NCBI GenBank assembly: GCA_021814165.1
Contig: JAKAIX010000002.1
Span: 5,371-69,370, forward strand
Direction of reading: 5' to 3'
Origin: a bacterium
Lineage (GTDB): Bacteria > Patescibacteriota > Minisyncoccia > UBA6257 > GWB1-50-10
DNA: 64,000 bases
Shown piece after piece: positions 19,448 through 29,064 of the stretch (positions within the stretch are counted from its first letter, which is position 1; the number at the start of each line of letters is the position of its first letter). Made by a program: the position numbers and the translations under genes. A model generated the notes under the pieces. It saw only the letters and a program-made list of their open reading frames with translations, did not search any database and was not told the origin of the DNA.

Positions 19448-19930
19448 CTAGCCGAGAATAACGTCCGCGACTTCCCTGAATACTCCTTCTCCTCCTTTTG
19501 TCTTTGTTACATAATCCGCGATTTTCCGAACTGCGGGATGCGCATCTTTTGGCGCAATCGCAAAACCGACCCTCTTCATACATTCGATGTCAGTCACGTC
19601 ATTTCCTACAAAACAACTCTTTTTGAGGTCGACCTTACTTTTCTTCGCCACGCTCAAGAGACATTTTAATTTGTCGTCCACGCCGGTAAAACATTTAATC
19701 TTTAATTTCTTACATCGGATTTTTGCGACAGGGTTTCTTTCTTTTGAAATGACTACGCACGGAATTCCTTTTTTCTTGAGCATTCCGAGCCCCAAACCGT
19801 CCGCGCGGGAGCAAAACACGCTTTCCTTTCCGTTCTGATCAACGAGCACGCGATCGTCCGTCATCACGCCATCGAAGTCGGAGAAGATGAAAGCCACGGA
19901 TTTTATTTTTTTGAATGCGTTCCGGCTCAT
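19448..19930 (-). CDS. HAD-IIIA phosphatase, KdsC family (Kdo-8-P / KDN-9-P phosphatase-like)
   Basis: 160 aa; FIFSDFDGVMTDD (HAD motif I) and KdsC-like length and motifs. Confidence 0.8.
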   Translation of the reverse strand: MSRNAFKKIKSVAFIFSDFDGVMTDDRVLVDQNGKESVFCSRADGLGLGMLKKKGIPCVVISKERNPVAKIRCKKLKIKCFTGVDDKLKCLLSVAKKSKVDLKKSCFVGNDVTDIECMKRVGFAIAPKDAHPAVRKIADYVTKTKGGEGVFREVADVILG

Positions 19931-19950
19931 GCCTGTTCTTTGCTCTTTCT

Positions 19951-20934
19951 TTATTTTACACCAACTGACCTCAGAAAATCCTTTATGCCCTGTTTTCTGT
20001 CACAGAGCCTGATAATGCGCTTCATCCCGGCATATTCGCGAGACAGGGACTCGCCATCGGTCCCTTCGGATGCGGAAAAAATGCCTCCCATATGCGAACC
20101 GGTGATGTTTGTTTGAAACGCACGTGTTGTTCCGAGACCCGCTTTTCGCGCGTAATAAACGAGGGTGCGCGGAGAAAAATAGTAGGTATGCGCGTTCTGA
20201 AGCTGGGCCATTCCGAAATATTCGATGTTCGGCACTTCGATATAAAACATCGCCTTCCCGCCTACACGACTTACAAGCTCGCGGAGCGCTTTTACGGGAT
20301 CGAGAAAATGCTCGAGTACGTGAGAAAGAATCACGAGATCAAAACTGCCGCCCTCCACGTCGGCAATCGAACCCGATTTTATATTCATCCCCATCTTCTG
20401 TCCGAGCGCGACGAGAGAATGACTGAAGTCGAGGCCTTCGATGTTCTTTTTATCCCGGAAGAAAGGGTAGAGATTCCATCCTCCTCCGCATCCGATCTCG
20501 AGTACGTTTTTTACGTTCGGATAGTCGAGATTCTTCTTGATGAACTCAAACCGAGTTTTCGAATCTCCGTTACTCTGGGCAAAAAAATTATCGACATCCG
20601 CACCCGAAAAACCGGCTTCATACAGCTTCCGATAGTAATCCGTTTCGTAGAAATTCTTATAGGCGGCGGAGGTCATGCGCGGCATGCTTTGCACAAGACC
20701 GCACGACTTGCACATCACGGTATCCTGGAGGAGGCCGTAACGATCCACCGAGGCGATAAGAGAGAAATCACTGCCGCCGCAAAGACAATCGACGCTTTCA
20801 AAATCAATCTTTTTTTCCAGCACCAGCTTGTTGAACTCATCACGCAAGGAAACCTGTTCTTCCGACATCGGGCAGAAAGAAACTTTTCCTTCAGAAAAAA
20901 TCTTGTTTTTCGTCAGTTTTTCCAGAACTCCCAT
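19951..20934 (-). CDS. class I SAM-dependent methyltransferase with N-terminal Cys-rich (Zn-ribbon-like) region
   Basis: CLCGG..CKSCG then VLEIGCGGGWNL (motif I) and LILSHVLEHF. Confidence 0.7.
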   Translation of the reverse strand: MGVLEKLTKNKIFSEGKVSFCPMSEEQVSLRDEFNKLVLEKKIDFESVDCLCGGSDFSLIASVDRYGLLQDTVMCKSCGLVQSMPRMTSAAYKNFYETDYYRKLYEAGFSGADVDNFFAQSNGDSKTRFEFIKKNLDYPNVKNVLEIGCGGGWNLYPFFRDKKNIEGLDFSHSLVALGQKMGMNIKSGSIADVEGGSFDLVILSHVLEHFLDPVKALRELVSRVGGKAMFYIEVPNIEYFGMAQLQNAHTYYFSPRTLVYYARKAGLGTTRAFQTNITGSHMGGIFSASEGTDGESLSREYAGMKRIIRLCDRKQGIKDFLRSVGVK

Positions 20935-21036
20935 TTTGTTTTTTTTTATTAAGCGGTATCGTTCATTCTAGCGGATTGGTAAAAATATGAAAACGCGACA
21001 ATGATGGAAACTCAGAAAAAATTTTCTTGTTTGTCC

Positions 21037-21987
21037 TTACACTTTCGGCCAAAGAGCCGGATCTACCTGATAAGAATCGTCTATCGCGAGTTCGCGCAGC
21101 GCACGAAGCGCCGCTTCATCCAGGGGACCCGCTTCCACTGCCTCGGCAATCGATTCCAGATGCTCCGGTTGGTTTGTGCCGACGAGCACGGTCGCGATCG
21201 CATCATTCGATATTGCAAAACGAATCGCGAGCGAAGGAAGGTCAGTCCCCAGTTCGCGGGCGATACGTTCCGCCTCGTCCGCGTTCTCTTTGAGTAACGC
21301 AAGCTCGTCGGGCAATTTCTCCCGAAGAGGAGTGAGCGATCCCTTTAAAAACACGGAACGGTTCACGACGCCGATATTTTTTTCCTTCGCGAGCGGTAAG
21401 ACCCGATGAGTCATGCGTTGGTCAAGTATGCTGTGTGCAACTTGAATTACGTCGAAAAAGCCGCTTTCTACGGCGGCGAGAGCATTATCTTCTCCGCGAA
21501 GCGATATGCCGAAATATTCCACTTTTCTCTCGTTGCGAAATTTCTCGAGAATAGCGAGTATTTCTCCCCTCTCGATATCCTCTCTCGTGCCGCCGTGGAG
21601 ATAGAGGAGCGGCAGCGTTGAGAGGCCGAGCTTTGCCAAACTCTCTTCGATCTCGCTCCTCATACGCGCTTCCATCTCGCCAGGTGACAACTTCTCCCCT
21701 TTTTCCAGAAATTGGGCGCATTTCGTACCGACAAGAACTTTCCTATCGTTGAGGATTCCCGATTTCCCGATACGTTCCTCCGAGAGAGAGTAGGCGTGTG
21801 CGGTATCGAAATACGAAATGCCCATCCCTGCGGCGTATTGTAGGAGATTTCTTGCTTCTTCATCGGAAGGGAGATGCCGTTCTCCGATGCCGTAGGTGAA
21901 GCCGATTTCCGCTGTTCCAAGACCCAAAAGGGAGATGTTTCTTCCCGTATGACCGAGTGTCCGCTCCGGTATTTTGTTTTTACTCAT
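21037..21987 (-). CDS. aldo/keto reductase
   Basis: LGHTGRNISLLGLGT..FDTAHAY are AKR family signatures. Confidence 0.75.
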   Translation of the reverse strand: MSKNKIPERTLGHTGRNISLLGLGTAEIGFTYGIGERHLPSDEEARNLLQYAAGMGISYFDTAHAYSLSEERIGKSGILNDRKVLVGTKCAQFLEKGEKLSPGEMEARMRSEIEESLAKLGLSTLPLLYLHGGTREDIERGEILAILEKFRNERKVEYFGISLRGEDNALAAVESGFFDVIQVAHSILDQRMTHRVLPLAKEKNIGVVNRSVFLKGSLTPLREKLPDELALLKENADEAERIARELGTDLPSLAIRFAISNDAIATVLVGTNQPEHLESIAEAVEAGPLDEAALRALRELAIDDSYQVDPALWPKV

Positions 21988-22828
21988 GGAAATATTTTTT
22001 TATATACCGTTCCGTAAACTCCTTGTGCCTCATCACCGTCTCTCTCTCCTTCCCCTCTTCTCCTCGCGCGGACTGCAGGATAAATCCTCCCGCATATTTT
22101 TTTTCCTTGAGTCCGCGGAAGAGACCGTCGAAATCGGCATCTCCGGCCCCGAGCTCGACCGTAGATCCGCCCCGAATCCTGTCTTTTATATGCACGTTCG
22201 AGACAATATCTCCGTAAGCCATAATTTCATCGTAATTATTATAACCGAGTGACGCGCTGTTCCCTGAATCATAGACCACCTTTACACGCGGGCTCCGGGT
22301 GCGTTTCACGAGAGCAAGGAGTCGTTCCGCCGGCAAATCGGTTTCGAGCGCGAGAGTAATGTCTCTTTGTTCCGCCATTTCCAAACATTCTCCGAGAGAT
22401 TCCACGAATAATAATTCTTCTTCGGGGGTTCGTATGGAAGAGTTGTCGAGAAGAGGAATTTCAACGGTCTTCGCGCCTATCCGGCCAGCAACTTCAATCA
22501 ATCGATTCAATACGGCAACATTGGCGTTTCTCACCGGCTCGCTTACCCGGAAAAACGGACTGCGCATAAAATAGTCCGCGCAGATATGGCGGACCCACAC
22601 CCCGTGATGCTCCTGTAATCTTCTGATTTGTGAAACGCCTTCCGGGCTCCAGAGCGGGTTTCTCTCGTGCTGGTCTTCATCAAAAATGAATTCTATTTCA
22701 TCGAGCCCGAGTTCTTCCGCCGAAGCAAATTCACGCTCCCATTCCTCGAAGGGGAAAAATTGAATGCCGCGTCCCGCGGGGGGCACTAACCTCCCTTGCA
22801 TGATACCGATGGGAAATCTCTTTTCCAT
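21980..22828 (-). CDS. sugar phosphate isomerase/epimerase (xylose-isomerase-like TIM barrel)
   Basis: Start at MEKRFPIGIMQGRL; AP-endonuclease-2 / TIM-barrel-like pattern; 8-nt overlap with the AKR gene. Confidence 0.6.
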   Translation of the reverse strand: MEKRFPIGIMQGRLVPPAGRGIQFFPFEEWEREFASAEELGLDEIEFIFDEDQHERNPLWSPEGVSQIRRLQEHHGVWVRHICADYFMRSPFFRVSEPVRNANVAVLNRLIEVAGRIGAKTVEIPLLDNSSIRTPEEELLFVESLGECLEMAEQRDITLALETDLPAERLLALVKRTRSPRVKVVYDSGNSASLGYNNYDEIMAYGDIVSNVHIKDRIRGGSTVELGAGDADFDGLFRGLKEKKYAGGFILQSARGEEGKERETVMRHKEFTERYIKKYFHE

Positions 22829-22833
22829 GCGAT

Positions 22834-23670
22834 CTACCAACACGTCCTTCCTCCGTCTATCACGAGCGTCGCTCCCGTCATGTATGAAGAGGCGTCAGAG
22901 ACAAGAAACAGGACTGCGGCTTTATACTCGTCCTCTTCAGCCATTCGTCCAAGAGGAATGAGGTTTGAAAGTTTCTGCACGAATATCTCGTCGTGATCGC
23001 GATAAACGCCTCCGGGTGCGATGGCATTCACCCGAACTCCGTGTTTTGCCCAGTAGGTCGCACAATACTTCGTAAGACCGATAATTCCGTGTTTCTCGAC
23101 GGAGTAGGTCACGGGTTTCACCGGCTGCTCGTTCTCGGGTATGTTTTCCCGTGCGTAGATTCGTTGGTCCGGCGCAATGACTCCCAAATCCGAAGCAACA
23201 TTCAGAACAACGCCCTTCCCGGCAGAAGCCATATAACCGCCGAACACCTGGCTTGAGAGGAACGCACCCTTGAGTCCGATACGAAGGGACTCTTCCCATT
23301 CGGTTTCATCGAAATATTCGAAACGAGACGCGACCTTCCCTCCTTCTTGGGAAGACGGGTTCGGATTGCGCGCGGCGGCATTAATGAGAATATCGATGCG
23401 GCCGTATCGCTTTATAATTTCTTCCTTCACACTTTCCAACTCCTTCTTAACGGAGACATCAACTTTTGACCAAAACACTTCCCTTCCGTATGTCTTTTTG
23501 AGCGCTTCGGCAACTTCACATAAACTCTTTTCATTCACGTCGAGAAGTACGGGGATTCCTCCCGCATCGAGCGCCGCTTCAGCAAAACCTCTCCCGAGAA
23601 ATCCTGCGCCGCCGGTAATGACGCATACCCTTCCTTCAATCGAGAATTTTTTAAGCGTGTCCTCTTGCAT
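22834..23670 (-). CDS. SDR-family oxidoreductase
   Basis: VCVITGGAGFLGRGFA (TGxxxGxG) and YSVEKHGIIGLTK (YxxxK). Confidence 0.8.
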   Translation of the reverse strand: MQEDTLKKFSIEGRVCVITGGAGFLGRGFAEAALDAGGIPVLLDVNEKSLCEVAEALKKTYGREVFWSKVDVSVKKELESVKEEIIKRYGRIDILINAAARNPNPSSQEGGKVASRFEYFDETEWEESLRIGLKGAFLSSQVFGGYMASAGKGVVLNVASDLGVIAPDQRIYARENIPENEQPVKPVTYSVEKHGIIGLTKYCATYWAKHGVRVNAIAPGGVYRDHDEIFVQKLSNLIPLGRMAEEDEYKAAVLFLVSDASSYMTGATLVIDGGRTCW

Positions 23671-23748
23671 ACCAAGAGTATATTACAACAAATACCCCGG
23701 TACAACCGGTTTGAAGTCGATCGGAAAAAACAGTATTATAACGACATA

Positions 23749-25020
23749 ATGAGAGTACACACGCCTTATCGGGAAATTCGCGAGGATTTTTCTCTCGAGC
23801 GCAACGAACTCTATCAAAAGATCAGCGAGATGGAACCCAATGCGGTCGCGAATACTATTCCCCTCACGTGGGCGAAGGCAAAAGATTTCTCCGTCTTTGA
23901 CGAGAAAGGAAACAAATGGATTGATCTCACGTCCGGAATTTTTGTGACGAACGCAGGACACGCGAATCCGCTCATAAAAGACGCAATAAAACGCCAAGTG
24001 GATTCAGATCTTATCTTCTCCTACAACTATCCGACCGAGATAAAATATCAGTTCATTTCAAAACTTCTCTCAATTTCTCCGCCGTACTTCGACAAGACGA
24101 TCCTTCTTATGTCCGGGTCCGAGGCAGTTGATGCCGGCTACAAACTCATAAAATTCTGGGGCGCAAAACACGGAAAAAAATATATCGTCGCGTTCGGAGG
24201 GGCATATCACGGGAGAGGATTAAGCAACGATCTTGTCTCCGGAAGCAAGAACAAAGCGGAATGGTCGAGGGTAAAGGACGAAGAAGTTATATTTCTTGAC
24301 TTCCCGTATGAGGAAACCGATTCATTCGATCCCTCAAAACTTCCTCCCGCCGATCAAATTGCCGGGTTCGTCTTTGAGACGTTCCAAGGATGGGGTGCGT
24401 GGTTTTATCCGGATCGTTTCATTAAGGACGCGCATGCGTTTGCAAAAAAGCACGGGGCGCTTGTCATGTTTGACGACATGCAGGGAGGATTTTATCGCCT
24501 GGGACCGTTATACGGCTACATGACGTACGGGGAGGAAATCAAGCCCGATATCCTTTGTCTCGGCAAAGGAATTACCTCCTCGCTTCCCCTCTCGGCGGTC
24601 TTAAGCAGGAAAGAGATTGTGGATTTCGATGAAAAGGCAGACCTTCACGGCACGCAATCGGCGAATCCGGTATGTTGCGCCGCGGCGTTAGCTGATATTG
24701 AATTTTTGAGTGATGAGAAACGCAAAAAGGAACGGGAGAAACCAATGGAACTTTTCGAGCGCGAATCAAAAAAATTGACCGAATTCCCCATCGTCAAAAA
24801 GGTAAACGCGCGCGGCATGATTGCGGGAATAATTTTTGAAAACACGGAACCGGCTACCGAGATTGTGAAACGGTGCATCATGAACGGAGTGCTTCCCGTC
24901 TGCACAAACCGAAATTCGATCAAGCTCGCTCCTCCGCTTACCATACCCGAGGACGCGATTCTTGAGGCCTTCGGTGTGATTCGTGACGCGATTATCGAGG
25001 TACAAAAAACCGCTCGTTAA
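23749..25020 (+). CDS. class III (omega) aminotransferase, PLP-dependent
   Basis: Start moved to MRVHTPYREIR (23749) to avoid overlap with the divergent SDR gene. LMSGSEAVDAGYKL and DDMQGGFYRLG motifs. Confidence 0.8.
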   Translation: MRVHTPYREIREDFSLERNELYQKISEMEPNAVANTIPLTWAKAKDFSVFDEKGNKWIDLTSGIFVTNAGHANPLIKDAIKRQVDSDLIFSYNYPTEIKYQFISKLLSISPPYFDKTILLMSGSEAVDAGYKLIKFWGAKHGKKYIVAFGGAYHGRGLSNDLVSGSKNKAEWSRVKDEEVIFLDFPYEETDSFDPSKLPPADQIAGFVFETFQGWGAWFYPDRFIKDAHAFAKKHGALVMFDDMQGGFYRLGPLYGYMTYGEEIKPDILCLGKGITSSLPLSAVLSRKEIVDFDEKADLHGTQSANPVCCAAALADIEFLSDEKRKKEREKPMELFERESKKLTEFPIVKKVNARGMIAGIIFENTEPATEIVKRCIMNGVLPVCTNRNSIKLAPPLTIPEDAILEAFGVIRDAIIEVQKTAR

Positions 25021-25032
25021 CGGGCGGTTTTT
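25003..25032. terminator. bidirectional rho-independent terminator between convergent genes
   Basis: The sequence aaaaaaccgc-tcgttaacgg-gcggtttttt is a GC stem flanked by A and T runs; it overlaps both stop codons. Confidence 0.5.
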
Positions 25033-25781
25033 TATTGGGAAAAGTTTTTCCGGAGAAACTCGTAGATCTCGAAGTTTCCGCTTTTGAGTTTATGAGCGAT
25101 GAAATCGAGATCCTCAATCTTGTCGAGTTCTCCGGTATCGGGCGATACGAACGCGAGAATCTTGTCGCCGTGCAGACGATCTGTTTTCAAGATAAACTCC
25201 GTTTTCAATATATCGACGTACCCGTCCGGCTGGTACACCGGAGGAAACGATTGACGCGGGAGATTGTAGTATTCGGGCCGCGGATCGTTCGGAAACAACC
25301 CCACAAAGAAACCGTTCTCGATTCCGAAAAGTTTATAAGGCGATTCCCGTATCTCGTGCCCCGATCTTAAAGAGGTGGCTTCCTCATTCTTAATCATCTC
25401 TTCTATCGCCCTGTCGACGAGTTTCGGATCGCGAAGCGGAGTTGTGGGACGAAGATGCACGAGATAATCGGGTGTCTTTCCTTCGCGCTCTTCAAACCAC
25501 TTGAGCGCATGCCGGATAAAATCAATGTCGCCCGAAGCATCGGCCGCGAATTCGGCAGGGCGCAAAAAAGGAACTTCCGCCCCGTACTTTTTTGCCGTTT
25601 CCGCTATCTCCTCGCTGTCGGTGCTCACGACAACTCTGTCGATGTTATGTGAGAGCTTCGCTGCCGCGATCGAGAATGCAATCAAAGGAAATCCTCCGAG
25701 ATCGACGATGTTTTTTTTAGGGATTCCCTTCGATCCCCCCCTCGCCGGAATAACCGCGAAAACCGTTTTGTCGTTCAACAT
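25032..25781 (-). CDS. acylneuraminate (CMP-nonulosonate/CMP-Kdo family) cytidylyltransferase
   Basis: AVIPARGGSKGIPKKN is the canonical cytidylyltransferase N-terminus; 249 aa. Confidence 0.8.
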   Translation of the reverse strand: MLNDKTVFAVIPARGGSKGIPKKNIVDLGGFPLIAFSIAAAKLSHNIDRVVVSTDSEEIAETAKKYGAEVPFLRPAEFAADASGDIDFIRHALKWFEEREGKTPDYLVHLRPTTPLRDPKLVDRAIEEMIKNEEATSLRSGHEIRESPYKLFGIENGFFVGLFPNDPRPEYYNLPRQSFPPVYQPDGYVDILKTEFILKTDRLHGDKILAFVSPDTGELDKIEDLDFIAHKLKSGNFEIYEFLRKNFSQ

Positions 25782-25788
25782 ATTTCTT

Positions 25789-26295
25789 TTACGCGGTTTT
25801 ACGCCGTTTCCGTCCGCTTTTTTCCATTGAAAATCCCGCCTTTCGCAGCGACTCCGTCACATAAGGGTGGAGTCCCGGAGGAATTTTGGTAAACCACCTG
25901 AATGCATCGTGAAAATCTTCGTTCGCGCGCGGAACGGTCCTGCTCGGTACGCTCACCAGATAGACGGTGCCTATCGTATGGGACGGCGGCCCCTGAAAAC
26001 TATTTTTGAACATCGTCTCCGAGCTCCACAGTTCTTTTTCCACTTTTACCCGGGAGAACCCGGTTTCTTCCCTGACCTTTCGTACAACCGCTTTTTCCCG
26101 AGTCTCGCCTTTTACTATTCGTCCCCCCACAAGCCACCATTTTCCCTTGTCCGGCTCGCGGGTACGCTTTCCGAGAAGGAATGCTTTTCTGTTCACGATC
26201 ACCGCGTCGGCGCACGGGACGGGCATTACCGCAAGAATCTTTCTGTAGAGGGACTCGGGAATAAATTCGTTCTTCATATATATTAAAGGCCTCAC
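25789..26295 (-). CDS. NUDIX hydrolase
   Basis: GGRIVKGETREKAVVRKVREETGF is a Nudix box. Confidence 0.75.
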   Translation of the reverse strand: MRPLIYMKNEFIPESLYRKILAVMPVPCADAVIVNRKAFLLGKRTREPDKGKWWLVGGRIVKGETREKAVVRKVREETGFSRVKVEKELWSSETMFKNSFQGPPSHTIGTVYLVSVPSRTVPRANEDFHDAFRWFTKIPPGLHPYVTESLRKAGFSMEKSGRKRRKTA

Positions 26296-27338
26296 GCCGA
26301 AAAACCGAGCTCTTTCAGGATTTCTTTCAAGCGCGCCTGGTATGTGTGTTCGCGAAGCGACCGTTCATAGCCCGCCTTCGCTATCCGATTCCGTTCGTCC
26401 TCGTGTTCCAGATAGTAGTGAATCTTTTCGATGAGGTCGCGCGTATTTTCGTAAAGTACGATTTCTTTGCCCGAGGCGAAGTAATTCTCCATGTCGTCCG
26501 CTCTCCCGGTGATACAAAAGCCGCCGCACCCGGTTATTTCGAACGGCCGGGCTTTGATCTGCGGAATGCGTTTGTAGAAAAACGAGCGAAGGTTACGGAA
26601 AGAGTGAAAAAAATCCGGAACAATCCAATTTCGACGACGACGGAAAAATATCTGAGCGAGCGGTTTCAAGGCGAATGCGGACATCGGCGGATTCAGATTC
26701 AGATTGACCTTACTGCGAGAGATGATCTCCAGCATCTCCTGAAAGCTTGCCCTGCCCTCCGGCCATCCGAGACCCCGCACAAACACCGGAATACCGGCCG
26801 CGCGGAGTTCGCCGATAATCTTCTCGCGATGGGGCGTTTTCATGCCGATGAAGGATACCGCGATATCTTGTTTCGGGACGACAACGGGGCGATACACGCC
26901 CGGATTGAATCCCCATTGAGATCGAATGACATTTGTAATGCCGAATCTCGCGTAACACCCCGGCGCTTTCGACCATGTCGTAATGATTTTCGTAAAATGC
27001 GGCGCGTAAAAACGCGAATAGTTGTCCAACCGCCAGTGGTCATCGGAAAACCACGCGGTACTTACCGTGAGTTTTTTTACTTCATCGAGCGTCTCACGGG
27101 TAAGTTCATCGGTGTACATGAATGCAAAGAACAAGTCCGGTTTTTCACGGCGCACGGTCTCCACAATTTCCTGATTGTATCCCCTCCTTCCGACAGTAAG
27201 CACCCGATCGAACGGAACGAAGGATACCTCGTTCTTCGGATCGGCCTTGAGAAGGAGATAAAAATTGTTATACTCGTTCGTCTTGCCAAGTTCCTTGCGA
27301 TAACGCTCGTTTTCCAAACCGGTAAAAACTATCTTCAT
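26292..27338 (-). CDS. CgeB-like / DUF3880-type glycosyltransferase (GT1-like)
   Basis: Start at MKIVFTG, 3 nt after the stop of the upstream gene. The C-terminal ITGCGGFCITG..EIVLY pattern is typical of the CgeB family. Confidence 0.5.
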   Translation of the reverse strand: MKIVFTGLENERYRKELGKTNEYNNFYLLLKADPKNEVSFVPFDRVLTVGRRGYNQEIVETVRREKPDLFFAFMYTDELTRETLDEVKKLTVSTAWFSDDHWRLDNYSRFYAPHFTKIITTWSKAPGCYARFGITNVIRSQWGFNPGVYRPVVVPKQDIAVSFIGMKTPHREKIIGELRAAGIPVFVRGLGWPEGRASFQEMLEIISRSKVNLNLNPPMSAFALKPLAQIFFRRRRNWIVPDFFHSFRNLRSFFYKRIPQIKARPFEITGCGGFCITGRADDMENYFASGKEIVLYENTRDLIEKIHYYLEHEDERNRIAKAGYERSLREHTYQARLKEILKELGFSA

Positions 27339-28333
27339 TTCGTTTGCTTCGTTCGAAGGCCTTTCACCTGCTGTTCCACCCATCGATACGTTTTCTCCAA
27401 ACCGTATCGAAGCGGTTTAGACGGGGCCCAATTCAAATAGCGCCTCAAAAGCTCGTTGTCCGAATTCCGACCGCGAACTCCGAGCGGGCCTTCTATATGC
27501 CGTACGTGTATCCGTTTTCCGGCAATGTCGGCAACGAGATCGACTAACTGGTTGATGCTCACCATCTCCTCGGAACCGATATTCACCGGCCCGCGGAAAT
27601 TCGGATGTCTCACGAGACGGGAAACGCCTTCAAGGCACTCGTCGATATAGAGGAACGATCTTGTCTGGGTTCCGTCACCCCAAATTTCAATGGTCCCGCC
27701 GTCCTTTGCCTCCGCAACCTTCCGGCATATTGCCGCCGGAGCTTTTTCTCTTCCTCCGGTCCATGATCCTTCGGGACCGAAAATATTATGGAAGCGGGCG
27801 ATCCTCACGTCCAAACCGTAGTTCCGATTGAAAGCAAGATACGCCCGTTCGCTGAAAAGCTTTTCCCAACCATACTCGCTGTCCGGATTTGCGGGATATG
27901 CCGTGTACTCGGCGCAATTCGGGTTCTCCGGATTTTCTTGATTGTGCTTCGGGTAGATGCACGCGGACGAGGAATAAAATATCTTACCGACTTTCCTCTC
28001 GCGGGCGAGGGTTAACAAATTCAGGTTGATGAGGGCGGAATTATGCATGATGTGCGCATCATTATCGCCGGTGAATACATATCCCGCGCCTCCCATGTCG
28101 GCGGCGAGCTGGTACACCTCATCGAACGGGCGATCGAGAATTTCCTCCCACACGCGCGGATTCCGCAAGTCGCCGACCACGAAGTCATCCGCGGCGGTAG
28201 GACCGAATTCCGGATATTTCAGGTCGACTCCGCGAACCCAAAATCCTTCCTGCTTCAACCGCTTCACCAGATGGCTTCCGATAAAGCCCCCGGCGCCGCA
28301 TACCAGAGATGTTTTTTGTTTTTTATTGCTCAT
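27335..28333 (-). CDS. NAD-dependent epimerase/dehydratase (GDP-mannose 3,5-epimerase / UDP-GlcA decarboxylase-like)
   Basis: LVCGAGGFIGSHLVKRL Rossmann; YSSSACIYP and YGWEK (YxxxK). Confidence 0.8.
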   Translation of the reverse strand: MSNKKQKTSLVCGAGGFIGSHLVKRLKQEGFWVRGVDLKYPEFGPTAADDFVVGDLRNPRVWEEILDRPFDEVYQLAADMGGAGYVFTGDNDAHIMHNSALINLNLLTLARERKVGKIFYSSSACIYPKHNQENPENPNCAEYTAYPANPDSEYGWEKLFSERAYLAFNRNYGLDVRIARFHNIFGPEGSWTGGREKAPAAICRKVAEAKDGGTIEIWGDGTQTRSFLYIDECLEGVSRLVRHPNFRGPVNIGSEEMVSINQLVDLVADIAGKRIHVRHIEGPLGVRGRNSDNELLRRYLNWAPSKPLRYGLEKTYRWVEQQVKGLRTKQTK

Positions 28334-28357
28334 TGCCCCACCGTTTGCATCGTTTGT

Positions 28358-28966
28358 TTACGCCGACGATAATGCACTCATTGCTTCTTGCATCTTCTTA
28401 TCACCGGGCCAGATGGAGAGTATTTTTTCCGCTGTTGCGCGCGCATTGTCCTTTTCCCCCGCATTCACATAGAGTTGGAAGAGACCGTAGAGGAACTGGG
28501 GACGATTCGGGCTTAAGACGAGCCCTTTTTGGAACAATGCGAGCGCCATGTCGTAGTCCCGCTTCTCCTTGTAGTTCGCAAAATTCGTCGCGTGGATGCT
28601 TCCGAGTATCACGATTTCCTGCACAAAATTCGAACTCTCGTTCTCTGACTTTGCTACGCGGGAAATCGAATCGGCATATGCGACAAGCGCATCGGCAACT
28701 TGTTGCGGAGGCTTCTGCGCAACGATGCCCCCGATCTGGTTTTCCAGAAACCGTATGTCTTCAGCTTGCCCCACGGGAGAAGCAAAATCAAGCGCTCTGT
28801 TGAATATGTCCATATAACTCGCGACGCTCGTTGCGCTGCTCGATTGACGCATCGCCTGGATAAAGAGCTGGGATTTCCGGAAAGGGAGAATAGCGCCGTA
28901 GATAAACGAGAGGAAAGCGAGGATGATTCCTACGGGAGCTACAATATTTTTTATAATCTTATCCAT
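28358..28966 (-). CDS. membrane-anchored TPR-like protein
   Basis: N-terminal TM helix then TPR-like helical repeats. The first ATG is at 28966; the track ORF start at 28993 is a TTG inside repeat element A. Confidence 0.45.
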   Translation of the reverse strand: MDKIIKNIVAPVGIILAFLSFIYGAILPFRKSQLFIQAMRQSSSATSVASYMDIFNRALDFASPVGQAEDIRFLENQIGGIVAQKPPQQVADALVAYADSISRVAKSENESSNFVQEIVILGSIHATNFANYKEKRDYDMALALFQKGLVLSPNRPQFLYGLFQLYVNAGEKDNARATAEKILSIWPGDKKMQEAMSALSSA

Positions 28967-28969
28967 TGT

Positions 28970-29064
28970 AATTACCAATTTTTCAATTTCCAATGATCAA
29001 TTAATTTTAAAATCGTTCAATTGAATTATTCATTGAAAATTGGAAATTGGTCATTGAAAATTTA
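28970..29064. repeat. intergenic inverted heptad-array element, copy A
   Basis: Left arm ttttcaatttccaatgatcaatt; AT-rich spacer; right arm cattgaaaattggaaattggtcattgaaaat; fills the whole stop-to-start gap. Confidence 0.8.
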
